The notes: a model not told the origin generated them from the letters alone. DNA of 20,000 nucleotides from an uncultured virus (IMG/VR IMGVR_UViG_3300042321_002025) (IMGVR_UViG_3300042321_002025); one strand, 5' to 3'; shown: positions 1 to 7,206, counted from the stretch's first letter. Made by a program: numbers and translations.

Positions 1-93
1 GATGAACAGCCATTGATATTTAAACAACAGACACAAGACCACATTCTTGGTTTGGTAAAAGCTATACAATTTTATAAGGACCAATACAAATGA
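1..93 (+). CDS. C-terminal fragment of a gene entering the window, probably the PD-(D/E)xK exonuclease found upstream of gp33 in T4-like phages
   Basis: Frame +1 reads DEQPLIFKQQTQDHILGLVKAIQFYKDQYK* and its TGA overlaps the next ATG (ATGA). Product call rests on resemblance and gene order only. Confidence 0.45.
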   Translation, partial: DEQPLIFKQQTQDHILGLVKAIQFYKDQYK

Positions 94-374
94 CAACCGT
101 GATGACATTTAAATTCCCAACTTGGCCACCTGTTTTTTGGGATGTGCCTGAAAATTTTATTCAAACCAGAGATGAATATCTAACCACAAATAAAATAATT
201 GATAATTATAAAGTTGAAAATGAAAACCAAAAAACGGTAGTTTTTACTACAATTTTTAAAGATGCCGAAACTTTTGAAAAATGGAAATTAGAACCAGCTG
301 TTGAATCGTTTTTTAATTACAGAAACGACTATTGTAAAAATAATGGTATAGAAAAAACGGCAGAATTTTTTTAA
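90..374 (+). CDS. hypothetical protein (94 aa)
   Basis: ORF coupled to the upstream gene by an ATGA overlap; no family recognised. Confidence 0.7.
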   Translation: MTTVMTFKFPTWPPVFWDVPENFIQTRDEYLTTNKIIDNYKVENENQKTVVFTTIFKDAETFEKWKLEPAVESFFNYRNDYCKNNGIEKTAEFF

Positions 375-423
375 AACTAATTACACACATAATTATAATG
401 ACCAAAAATGGTAATTCTCTAAG

Positions 424-431
424 TATAAATA
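424..431 (+). promoter_or_regulatory. T4-type late promoter TATAAATA
   Basis: Exact gp55-dependent consensus in intergenic DNA, 33 nt upstream of the ATG at 465. Confidence 0.65.
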
Positions 432-464
432 CTAATAGTACAAACACTAATACGAAAGAAAAAA

Positions 465-584
465 ATGAGTAAAGATAACTTCGAAAACTATTCGGAAGAA
501 AAAATTGAACAGAGATTAGGTACATTGATAGTACTTGCAGCCGGTTTGACCGTTTTGTTTACGGTATTTTACCTGTTCGGTTAA
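465..584 (+). CDS. small single-pass membrane protein (39 aa), below the ORF-track cutoff
   Basis: MSKDNFENYSEEKIEQRLGTLIVLAAGLTVLFTVFYLFG*: charged N-terminus plus a ~20-aa hydrophobic C-terminus, downstream of a late promoter. Confidence 0.6.
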   Translation: MSKDNFENYSEEKIEQRLGTLIVLAAGLTVLFTVFYLFG

Positions 585-622
585 TTACCAGTTTCACATT
601 GTAAGATAATTGCAGCAACCGC

Positions 623-651
623 TTGACATTTATGTTGGATTAGTATACACT
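623..651 (+). promoter_or_regulatory. sigma70-type promoter
   Basis: TTGACA (623-628), 17-nt spacer, TACACT (646-651), intergenic. Confidence 0.75.
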
Positions 652-673
652 CCAAGAATGTAGATTAACTCTG

Positions 674-681
674 CATAAATA
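674..681 (+). promoter_or_regulatory. late promoter variant CATAAATA
   Basis: One mismatch to TATAAATA, 59 nt upstream of the ATG at 741. Confidence 0.45.
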
Positions 682-740
682 AAGTACCAGCAACACACAA
701 ACCGCTGGTAATACACATAAACACACACAAGGAGAAGTAA

Positions 741-1019
741 ATGAGTATGACACCTTATGAGATTCGGCTAGAACTCTTAAAAATGGCCAAAGAAATGCTC
801 ACCGATGACTATTATGGCAAGCGTGAAGTTATTTCAAACGAGTGGACAACCAAGGTAGAAGAATCCAAGATTAACGGAACTCCTTCACCACAACATCCAG
901 GTTTTCCACCATTTCCCTCCGAAGAAGAAATCATTAAAAAAGCAGAGATGCTCAATGGTTTCGTTTCTCAAACCACTCCACAACCTGAAGTAAAAATTAC
1001 AAAGAAAACGAATTCGTAA
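741..1019 (+). CDS. small phage protein of unknown function (TPYEIRLELLKMAKEML...EEIIKKAEMLNGFV)
   Basis: Strong SD AAGGAG at 729-734; two predicted amphipathic helices joined by a Pro-rich linker. Confidence 0.85.
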   Translation: MSMTPYEIRLELLKMAKEMLTDDYYGKREVISNEWTTKVEESKINGTPSPQHPGFPPFPSEEEIIKKAEMLNGFVSQTTPQPEVKITKKTNS

Positions 1020-1075
1020 TTGGAGAAATCTGGCCGCCTGATGTTTGGTGGCCAGAACATCAAAAAGGAAGAAAG

Positions 1076-1618
1076 ATGTATTTCAACAAAAAAGTAACTA
1101 ATAAATTTTTAATTGCAACCTCAGTAATATTAATTGCGGTTAATCTATTCGTGCCTGTAGCAAAAGCTCAGGTAGAAAAACAAACAATGAAAGTTGCCAG
1201 TCAACATTTCAATAATGAAATTCAATGTTTAGCTGAAAACATTTATTATGAATCTGCTGGTGAATCATTTGAAGGTAAATTGGCAGTTGCACAAGTAACA
1301 CTCAATCGTGTAAACTCTGGCAAATTTCCAAACACCGTTTGTGGTGTAGTAAAACAGAAAGATGTAATCAATGGTAAAATGATTTGCCAATTCTCTTGGT
1401 TCTGTGGCCATGTATACTCGATGGTTCGTAACCCATATCAATGGGAAGAATCGGTACTTGTTGCAAAGAAAGCCTTGACAAGTGAAGTTGCTCATGTTAC
1501 ACTCCATAAAGAGAAAGCAATGTTTTATCATGCCAATTATGTAAAGCCTAATTGGAATTTACCAAGAATCACACAGATTGGTAATCACATTTTTTATAAA
1601 GAGAGAAGTAAAATATAA
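1076..1618 (+). CDS. SleB/CwlJ-like cell wall hydrolase (Hydrolase_2) with N-terminal signal/TM segment
   Basis: Motifs CLAENIYYES-GE, AVAQVTLNRV, FPNTVCGVV, CQFSW, YHANYVKPNW, IGNHIFY; hydrophobic residues 12-28 followed by AKA. Confidence 0.9.
   Translation: MYFNKKVTNKFLIATSVILIAVNLFVPVAKAQVEKQTMKVASQHFNNEIQCLAENIYYESAGESFEGKLAVAQVTLNRVNSGKFPNTVCGVVKQKDVINGKMICQFSWFCGHVYSMVRNPYQWEESVLVAKKALTSEVAHVTLHKEKAMFYHANYVKPNWNLPRITQIGNHIFYKERSKI
1475..1503 (+). promoter_or_regulatory. internal sigma70 promoter inside the hydrolase gene, upstream of gp33
   Basis: TTGACA (1475-1480), 17 nt, TACACT (1498-1503), extended -10 TG at 1495-1496. Confidence 0.6.
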
Positions 1619-1619
1619 T

Positions 1620-1841
1620 ATGCCAACAAAAAGTGAGATTAAAGATTTTAGTATGATGATTGAAGAATTGGCATCCAAATTGAGATGTAATCACATGGAT
1701 GCCATTCTACAACATTGCAAAGAAAAAGGATTAGAAGTTGAAGTGGCATCTACATTAATTTCTTCCGCACTCAAAGCAAAAATTCGTGAAGAAGCACAAG
1801 AATTAAATTTGATTAAAAAGAGTTCAAAACTCCCTCTATAA
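1620..1841 (+). CDS. gp33: late transcription coactivator gp33 (73 aa; likely start is ATG 1620 rather than 1578)
   Basis: FSMMIEEL...MDAILQHC...EVEVASTLISSALKAKIREEAQELNLIK..KLPL pattern; directly upstream of gp59. Confidence 0.85.
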   Translation: MPTKSEIKDFSMMIEELASKLRCNHMDAILQHCKEKGLEVEVASTLISSALKAKIREEAQELNLIKKSSKLPL

Positions 1842-1847
1842 TTTGTT

Positions 1848-2468
1848 ATGACAGAAAATTCAGGTTTTGCCGCATATGCATTATGGAATGCCTTGAAGTT
1901 GCATTTTACTTCCGAATCTTACGATTACTTTAAGTATAACGGAAAAACAAATGTATCTAAACAGACATTCACCATCAACAAATCAAAATACCAATTCTAT
2001 AAATTATCCCGTAAATACGATATAGAAGAATTAAAAAACTTCTATATTGCCAACTTTATCCAAGGTAAAGGTGATTGGGTGGGCGACTTACTTCAGGATG
2101 GTGATGAGAACTATACCAAGTGGCAAAAAACCCAACAGAGCTTGACATATACCTTTGAGAATGATATAATGTATATGTTTGATAGTGTTGATGGTGCTGA
2201 GTTCTGGCATATTGATGATTACTTTAAACCAATCGATGGTGGTTGGCCAATGTTAATTACCAAAATGATGCACGATAAGATTTCATTGGAAACAGTTTGT
2301 ATCCTAGTTGATATACTTGGTTGTATGCCAAAATGGGAAAAACAAATCACCGAAGATATTATTTGGCCAACACACCGAAGAATTATAAAGAAATATACAC
2401 CGTTTATACAATACGATAAAGAAAAGTTTACGAAGTTTTTAAAAGAAAAGATTAAAGAATATGCATAA
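1848..2468 (+). CDS. gp59: helicase loader gp59
   Basis: ALKLHFTSESYDYFKYNGK, FYKLSRKY, ISLETVCIL, IKKYTPF motifs; 33-59-32 gene order. Confidence 0.9.
   Translation: MTENSGFAAYALWNALKLHFTSESYDYFKYNGKTNVSKQTFTINKSKYQFYKLSRKYDIEELKNFYIANFIQGKGDWVGDLLQDGDENYTKWQKTQQSLTYTFENDIMYMFDSVDGAEFWHIDDYFKPIDGGWPMLITKMMHDKISLETVCILVDILGCMPKWEKQITEDIIWPTHRRIIKKYTPFIQYDKEKFTKFLKEKIKEYA
2142..2170 (+). promoter_or_regulatory. internal perfect-consensus sigma70 promoter inside gp59
   Basis: TTGACA (2142-2147), 17 nt, TATAAT (2165-2170), extended -10 TG at 2162-2163. Confidence 0.75.
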
Positions 2469-2946
2469 GATTACCAAGATTTACTTGGACATGGATGGTG
2501 TGATTGCTGATTTCAATAAGCGATACAAAGAATTGTATAAGATTGAACCAAAAGATGCAGACACATACAAAACATTTGATAAGTTTTTTACCATGTTCAT
2601 TGCTGAAAGACAGTTTGCCAAATTAGATTTAATGCCTGATGCTCTGATGCTAATTAACTACCTCAGGTCATTATCAATACCAACAGAGATTCTATCTTCA
2701 ACATCATCCGAAAAGCGTGATGCAGAAATTAGAGAACAAAAAATTGATTGGTTGAATAAACACAACATTGAGTTTCCTGTTAATTTAGTACCAGGTAAAA
2801 GATTTAAGAGAGATTTCTCTAATGAAAATTCACTATTGATTGATGATACTTCACAGAACATCGACCAATGGAGAGTAGAGGGTGGTATTGGTATACTTCA
2901 TACTGATGCTATGACCACCATCGGTATTTTGAAAATGTATACTTGA
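2461..2946 (+). CDS. HAD-family 5'(3')-deoxyribonucleotidase (NT5C-like)
   Basis: Motif I YLDMDGVIADF, motif II ILSS, K..WL, motif IV LLIDD, followed by W...GGIGILH. Confidence 0.85.
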   Translation: MHKITKIYLDMDGVIADFNKRYKELYKIEPKDADTYKTFDKFFTMFIAERQFAKLDLMPDALMLINYLRSLSIPTEILSSTSSEKRDAEIREQKIDWLNKHNIEFPVNLVPGKRFKRDFSNENSLLIDDTSQNIDQWRVEGGIGILHTDAMTTIGILKMYT

Positions 2947-2971
2947 CATTGGATAAATATTCTTATATAAT
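2943..2971 (+). promoter_or_regulatory. perfect sigma70 promoter for gp32, with a late-promoter-like GATAAATA in the spacer
   Basis: TTGACA (2943-2948, overlapping the upstream TGA stop), 17 nt, TATAAT (2966-2971); GATAAATA at 2952-2959. Confidence 0.85.
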
Positions 2972-3035
2972 GAATAATGTGGACAAGCCGTTTTATACAC
3001 CGTTAATAATCCGTTTATACGAAAGGAAGTAAATT

Positions 3036-3923
3036 ATGAGTTCATTTGCGAACCTCAAACGCCAATCTGGCAACCTCGATAAGTTATCTAAAGCAATCGA
3101 GGCACTCAATACCTCATCCGAGGGTAACGAAAAATCCGATAATTTCTGGCGACCAGAAGTAGACAAAGCTGGCAACGGCATGGCTACGATTCGTTTTCTA
3201 CCAGCACCTGCTGTAGATGGCGATGATGCATTACCATGGGTCAAAGTATTCTCACATGGATTTCAAGGTCCTGGTGGTTGGTTAATTGATAACTGTTTAA
3301 CCACCAAAAATCAACAATGTCCTGTGTGTGAACACAATTCTGCATTGTGGAATTCTGGTATCGAAGCGAATAAAGATATTGTTCGTAAACAAAAACGTAA
3401 ACTAAATTACATTGCCAACGTTTATATTGTGTCCGACCCAAAACATCCTGAGAATGAAGGTCAGGTTAAATTGTTTAAGTTTGGTAAGAAAATCTTTGAT
3501 AAGATTACTGAAGCGATGAATCCTCAGTTTGAAGATGAAACAGCAGTCAATCCATTTGATTTATGGAAAGGTGCCAACTTCAAATTAAAGATTCGTAAGG
3601 TTGAAGGTTATCAGAACTATGACAAGTCTGAATTTGAATCATCATCTCCATTGTTGAGTGATGATGATGAATTGGAAAAGATTTGGAAGTCAGAGTTCTC
3701 TTTGTCTGAGATGACTTCTGATAAAGAATTCAAGTCATATGATGTTCTGAAACAACGCCTTGATAAAGTTCTAGGTCTCAATGGTGAAGCACCAAAGACA
3801 ACCGTAGAACAAACCAAAGCGAAGAACTTTGACGCCAAAACTAAATCTAATGATTCTCCTTTTAAAGATGAATCGGAAGATGATGATATGGCATATTTCA
3901 GCAAGTTAGCTGAAGAAGATTAA
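3036..3923 (+). CDS. gp32: single-stranded DNA-binding protein gp32
   Basis: DKAGNGMATIRFLPA, Zn ligands HGF...NC...CPVCE, FKFGKKIFDKI, ANFKLKIRKVEGYQNYDKSEF, acidic tail; SD AAAGGA. Confidence 0.97.
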   Translation: MSSFANLKRQSGNLDKLSKAIEALNTSSEGNEKSDNFWRPEVDKAGNGMATIRFLPAPAVDGDDALPWVKVFSHGFQGPGGWLIDNCLTTKNQQCPVCEHNSALWNSGIEANKDIVRKQKRKLNYIANVYIVSDPKHPENEGQVKLFKFGKKIFDKITEAMNPQFEDETAVNPFDLWKGANFKLKIRKVEGYQNYDKSEFESSSPLLSDDDELEKIWKSEFSLSEMTSDKEFKSYDVLKQRLDKVLGLNGEAPKTTVEQTKAKNFDAKTKSNDSPFKDESEDDDMAYFSKLAEED

Positions 3924-3945
3924 TTCTTCTATATAAGAGTAACAC

Positions 3946-3986
3946 GGCCACACCCTCTGTCGAAAGATACGGTGTGGTTTTCTTTT
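3946..3986 (+). terminator. intrinsic terminator after gp32, between convergent transcription units
   Basis: GGCCACACC/GGTGTGGTT stem with inner TGTC-GAAA-GATA tetraloop hairpin, followed by a T-rich tract. Confidence 0.8.
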
Positions 3987-3991
3987 GGTTA

Positions 3992-5362
3992 TTATACGAC
4001 TCTGGTGCTGTATAATATCATTCTTTGAAATGTTTCTTCCATATTCCTTACTGAAGGAATCTCGGTAACACTTTGAGATGGTTGATTTTGTGCATTGATA
4101 TTTGTTGTATTGATTGTTTCATTAGCCGAAGTTGAATCCGTTGGTAAATTCATTTCTAAATTCTCATTAGTTGCTGGCATTACGGCTGCTGATGCAGGCG
4201 CCGAAGGCATTGGTGTGGCCGTGTCGGAAGATTCTGCTGAAGCCGTTGGTGTCGCTGTGGGTCCTGAATCAGCCTTTGGTGTCGCTGTGGGTCCTGAATC
4301 AGCCTTTGGTGTCGCTGTGGGTCCTGAATCAGCCTTTGGTGTCGCTGTGGGTCCTGAATCAGCCTTTGGTGTTGCTGATGTTGGTACCGTAGCCGGTTTG
4401 CCAAGTAACTTATCTCTTTCAATTTTATAATCTTGAACTGCTCGTGCAGCTTCTGGACCTCTCTCTGCATATCCTTTTAATTGTGCATCATTTAATTTTT
4501 CACTTTCATTATAGTTCTTTTCAAAATTGGCAATTTCAGCTTTTGTTTTTTCATATTCAGGAAGTTTTCTAATACGGTCTTCCTCATCTTTAACACCGGC
4601 AAGGCCACCAACTGATTCTGCTTGTTTTAAGGCCAAATTAAAAGGTGAGTTTGGATCTTTATCGTAACTGGATTCATCAGTCAAAACTTTATACATGAAA
4701 TAAGCAATACCAGCTGCAGCTGCTCCGCCTAATAAAACTCCACCAGCACCAGTAACAGCGGCTGTTGCTAAACTTCCCAATCCTCTAATTGCTAATTTAC
4801 CAAGGTCTTTTAATCCAAACATATCCAAGATATTATCAAATATTGAAACATCTGGTTCTTCTTTCTTTGTTGCCGTTTCTTCTTTTGTTGTTTTATATTT
4901 TAAAGCCTCAAGCAATTCTTTATGCCGTTGTTTAGCTTTTAATTCCCTTTCAAATATTTCTTCTTCTGTTGGTGATAGATTTTTAAGTGAGTGTCGAGAA
5001 TCTTCTAACAAAAGATAAATCTCATTCAGCATCTCTAACATACCTTCTTCATTTTCACGAGTGGGTTTTATCTTTGATGCTGTATCCATTTTACCTTGTT
5101 TACCGGTAAAATATTTCATATCCTTTTCACTTCTACCCATCAATCTACCAACAAGAGCAGGAGCTAAATTTGAACCACCAGTCATAAATTTAGCAATGTT
5201 CATTGGATCAAACTTTTTCTTTAAGTTTGTCATTCTTGCTTGGCTGCCTTCTGAAACGGATTTAGAAATGGATTTACCAAAAGATTCTCCACCGACCATT
5301 TTCTCAGAGATTCTATCTGATAATGTTTTTTTTCTTATTCTATCGGCTTGTTCGTAGTTCAT
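3992..5362 (-). CDS. tape-measure-like / baseplate hub virion protein, paralog B (456 aa)
   Basis: Lies downstream of gp26-gp51, where T4 gp29-type genes are expected; charged helical N-half, Gly/Ala hydrophobic segment (LGSLATAAVTGAGGVLLGGAAAAGIAYFMY), Pro/Thr repeats; N-terminus paralogous to 5365..7008. Confidence 0.55.
   Translation of the reverse strand: MNYEQADRIRKKTLSDRISEKMVGGESFGKSISKSVSEGSQARMTNLKKKFDPMNIAKFMTGGSNLAPALVGRLMGRSEKDMKYFTGKQGKMDTASKIKPTRENEEGMLEMLNEIYLLLEDSRHSLKNLSPTEEEIFERELKAKQRHKELLEALKYKTTKEETATKKEEPDVSIFDNILDMFGLKDLGKLAIRGLGSLATAAVTGAGGVLLGGAAAAGIAYFMYKVLTDESSYDKDPNSPFNLALKQAESVGGLAGVKDEEDRIRKLPEYEKTKAEIANFEKNYNESEKLNDAQLKGYAERGPEAARAVQDYKIERDKLLGKPATVPTSATPKADSGPTATPKADSGPTATPKADSGPTATPKADSGPTATPTASAESSDTATPMPSAPASAAVMPATNENLEMNLPTDSTSANETINTTNINAQNQPSQSVTEIPSVRNMEETFQRMILYSTRVV
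4246..4372. repeat. perfect 30-bp tandem repeat, about 4.2 copies, encoding (TPKADSGPTA)n on the minus strand
   Basis: GTCGCTGTGGGTCCTGAATCAGCCTTTGGT at 4251, 4281, 4311 and 4341, identical with no spacers. Confidence 0.97.
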
Positions 5363-5364
5363 TC

Positions 5365-7008
5365 TTAACCTTTACTCTTTTCAAGAATTGCTGGCCTGTC
5401 ATTCTCTTTTTGTTTTTTATTTGTTTGTTGTGTATTATTTGTTTGATTAACATTGGTGGTATTTACAATGTTTGCATTCTTATCTGATTCAGTTTGTTTC
5501 AAATCTTTATTTTCAACAGAAGCTGCGTTAATTTGATTACCGGTGTTTAAACCTTGTGATTCAAATTCTAAAGCCAATTCCGCTCGTTTGGTAGCTTTTT
5601 CACCTGTAGGATCAGAAAAACCAACGGCTTTATTTACTAATGATATATTTTCAAGAGATTTTGGATCTCCTTTAGTTAAATATGATTTATAATTTAAAAA
5701 GAACCAAGGTATAGATTTTGCAGCAACTTCAGGACTATTAAGTAAATCTGGATTAGAAATTAAATCCATTTTAAGATAATCACCTAAAGATTTATATGCA
5801 TTTTTTCCTGTAATTTGTAAAAAACCTCGGCCTCTATATTTCCACCCGTCACCTGGTTGAGAATTACCATCTGTTTTTGCATATACATGATTTGCTAGTG
5901 CTTCTGGATTTTTAACAAATTGTTGAGCAAATTCTTCACTAGGTATTCTATTTTTACCAAAAGTATTTTGAATTGCTTTTGCGGAAGAATAATTTAAATT
6001 TTCACTTTTTGCCACGAAATTAGATTCTGATTTTACTTGTGCCAATACATTTGCTTGTGCTTTAGAAGAAAGGCCAGCAGCAGCCAATGAAGAAATGACG
6101 ATTGCTGCAGACCCACCTAGTTTACCTGCCGCACCACCAACTATTGGAGGTTTAGCAGTTGGTGTTGCTGTTGGTGGTTTTACTTCTGGTTTTGGTGCAG
6201 GTGCCGTAGTTGACGGCTTAACTTCAGGCTTGGGAGCAGGCGCTGCCGAGGGTGGCTTTACTTCTGGTTTTGGTGCAGGTGCGGCCGTGGGTTTTTCTGC
6301 TTCTTTAGCAGGAGGCTTTGGTGCTTCTTTAACTGGTGGCTTTGGTGCTTCTTTAGTAGGAGGCTTTGGTGCTTCTTTAGCAGGTTCTTTTGGTGCTTCT
6401 TTAGCAGGTTTTTTACCTTTGCCTTTACCTTTACCTGGTGGTGTAGGTTTTGTTGGTGCACCAGGTTTTTCTTTTACTTCTTCTTTCTTTTTTCTTTTCT
6501 TTTTATCTTCTTCTTCTTTTTTCTTTCTGACCGTCAAAGCTGCAATGATGGCTTTATTTCTTTGTGTTTCTCTTTCCTCATTTGCATCATCTTCATTTCT
6601 TCTGGCTTTGGCCAATGACTTTCGAGTTTCTTCAGCCATTTTTAATTCTTCATAAATCATTCCCAATACTTTAGTTGCTTCACCACCTTCTTCTAATGCA
6701 CCACCAGTTTCAAAATTAACTCCTCGTGCAGAAGGTCTTTTTCTTGGTTTGGCAAAATGTTCTATTGTGGATTGTTTACGACCCATTAAACGGCCGAGAA
6801 GTGCTGGTGCTAGATTAGAACCGCCAGTAAGTTTCTTGGCAATATTGAGTGGGTCGAACTTTTCTTGAATGCCAGTGAATGTGGCTTTGGTTCTATCGGA
6901 TATAGCAGAACCAAAAGACGAACCAATGCCTTGACCTTCAACCAAATTGTCGGTGATGAGGCCTGCTAGTCCTTTTTTTCGTATGCCTTCAGCTTTGCCG
7001 TATTCCAT
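5365..7008 (-). CDS. tape-measure-like virion protein with glycoside hydrolase family 19 (lysozyme/chitinase-like) domain, paralog A (547 aa)
   Basis: GH19 motifs LAQVKSES, ENLNYS, PEALANHVY, GDGWKYRGRGFLQITGKNAY, NPDLL, WFF; long Pro/Lys/Ala linker. The GH19 call is firm; the tape-measure role is inferred. Confidence 0.8.
   Translation of the reverse strand: MEYGKAEGIRKKGLAGLITDNLVEGQGIGSSFGSAISDRTKATFTGIQEKFDPLNIAKKLTGGSNLAPALLGRLMGRKQSTIEHFAKPRKRPSARGVNFETGGALEEGGEATKVLGMIYEELKMAEETRKSLAKARRNEDDANEERETQRNKAIIAALTVRKKKEEEDKKKRKKKEEVKEKPGAPTKPTPPGKGKGKGKKPAKEAPKEPAKEAPKPPTKEAPKPPVKEAPKPPAKEAEKPTAAPAPKPEVKPPSAAPAPKPEVKPSTTAPAPKPEVKPPTATPTAKPPIVGGAAGKLGGSAAIVISSLAAAGLSSKAQANVLAQVKSESNFVAKSENLNYSSAKAIQNTFGKNRIPSEEFAQQFVKNPEALANHVYAKTDGNSQPGDGWKYRGRGFLQITGKNAYKSLGDYLKMDLISNPDLLNSPEVAAKSIPWFFLNYKSYLTKGDPKSLENISLVNKAVGFSDPTGEKATKRAELALEFESQGLNTGNQINAASVENKDLKQTESDKNANIVNTTNVNQTNNTQQTNKKQKENDRPAILEKSKG
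6170..6410. repeat. degenerate coding repeats: 24-bp (KEAPKPPx, about 5 copies) and 39-bp (xAPAPKPEVKPxx, 3 copies)
   Basis: Seen in the translation and as recurring GGTGCTTCTTTA and TTTACTTCTGGTTTTGGTGCAGGTGC; synonymous differences between copies. Confidence 0.85.
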
Positions 7009-7206
7009 TTACTTTTTTCTTTGTCTTTCCCGTATCTTTTGGTTTTCTTCTTCAATATACGCAATCAACATAGAAACGTAAATGTCCCGCTCCCAAGGCA
7101 TCATATTTTCAAGCTCTGACAAACTATACTTATGGTGATGTATCAACGCAAAGTTTGTCTTATAGTAATTCTTTAAATTGTCATGACGAAATATTAAACG
7201 AAAAAA
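7009..7206 (-). CDS. gp51: gp51-like baseplate hub/tail assembly chaperone frame, missing from the ORF track; no ATG at its conserved 5' end
   Basis: Reads FFRLIFRHDNLKNYYKTNFALIHHHKYSLSELENMMPWERDIYVSMLIAYIEEENQKIRERQRKK*, matching the NYYKTNFAL..HHKYSL.E.ENMMPWER signature of the short gp51 of cyanophage-type T4-likes. Confidence 0.85.
   Translation of the reverse strand, partial: FFRLIFRHDNLKNYYKTNFALIHHHKYSLSELENMMPWERDIYVSMLIAYIEEENQKIRERQRKK

Noticed and set aside
313..525. Hydrophobic minus-strand ORF (70 aa)
   Set aside because: Antisense to A-rich plus-strand genes and leaders; its hydrophobicity reflects T-richness.
1021..1065. Hammerhead, HDV-like ribozyme or SAM-II riboswitch, suggested by CTGATG and pseudoknot-like pairing
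   Set aside because: No CUGAnGA/GAAA core, no P3/P1.1 elements and no SAM-II conserved core; kept only as a generic structured leader.
1578..1619. ORF-track N-terminal extension of gp33
   Set aside because: It overlaps the hydrolase C-terminus; ATG 1620 follows that stop directly and gives a typical compact gp33.
4246..4372. 30-bp direct repeats as a CRISPR array
   Set aside because: Copies are contiguous with no spacers, the unit is a multiple of 3 inside a coding frame, and there are no cas genes.
4095..4470. ORFs 4095..4430(+), 4171..4392(+), 4180..4470(-), and likewise 6095..6655(+), 6258..6461(-)
   Set aside because: Shadow frames created by stop-free coding repeats within real genes.
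7173..7184. Minus-strand ATG at 7184 as the gp51 start
   Set aside because: It is in a different frame and gives only Met-Thr-Ile-stop.
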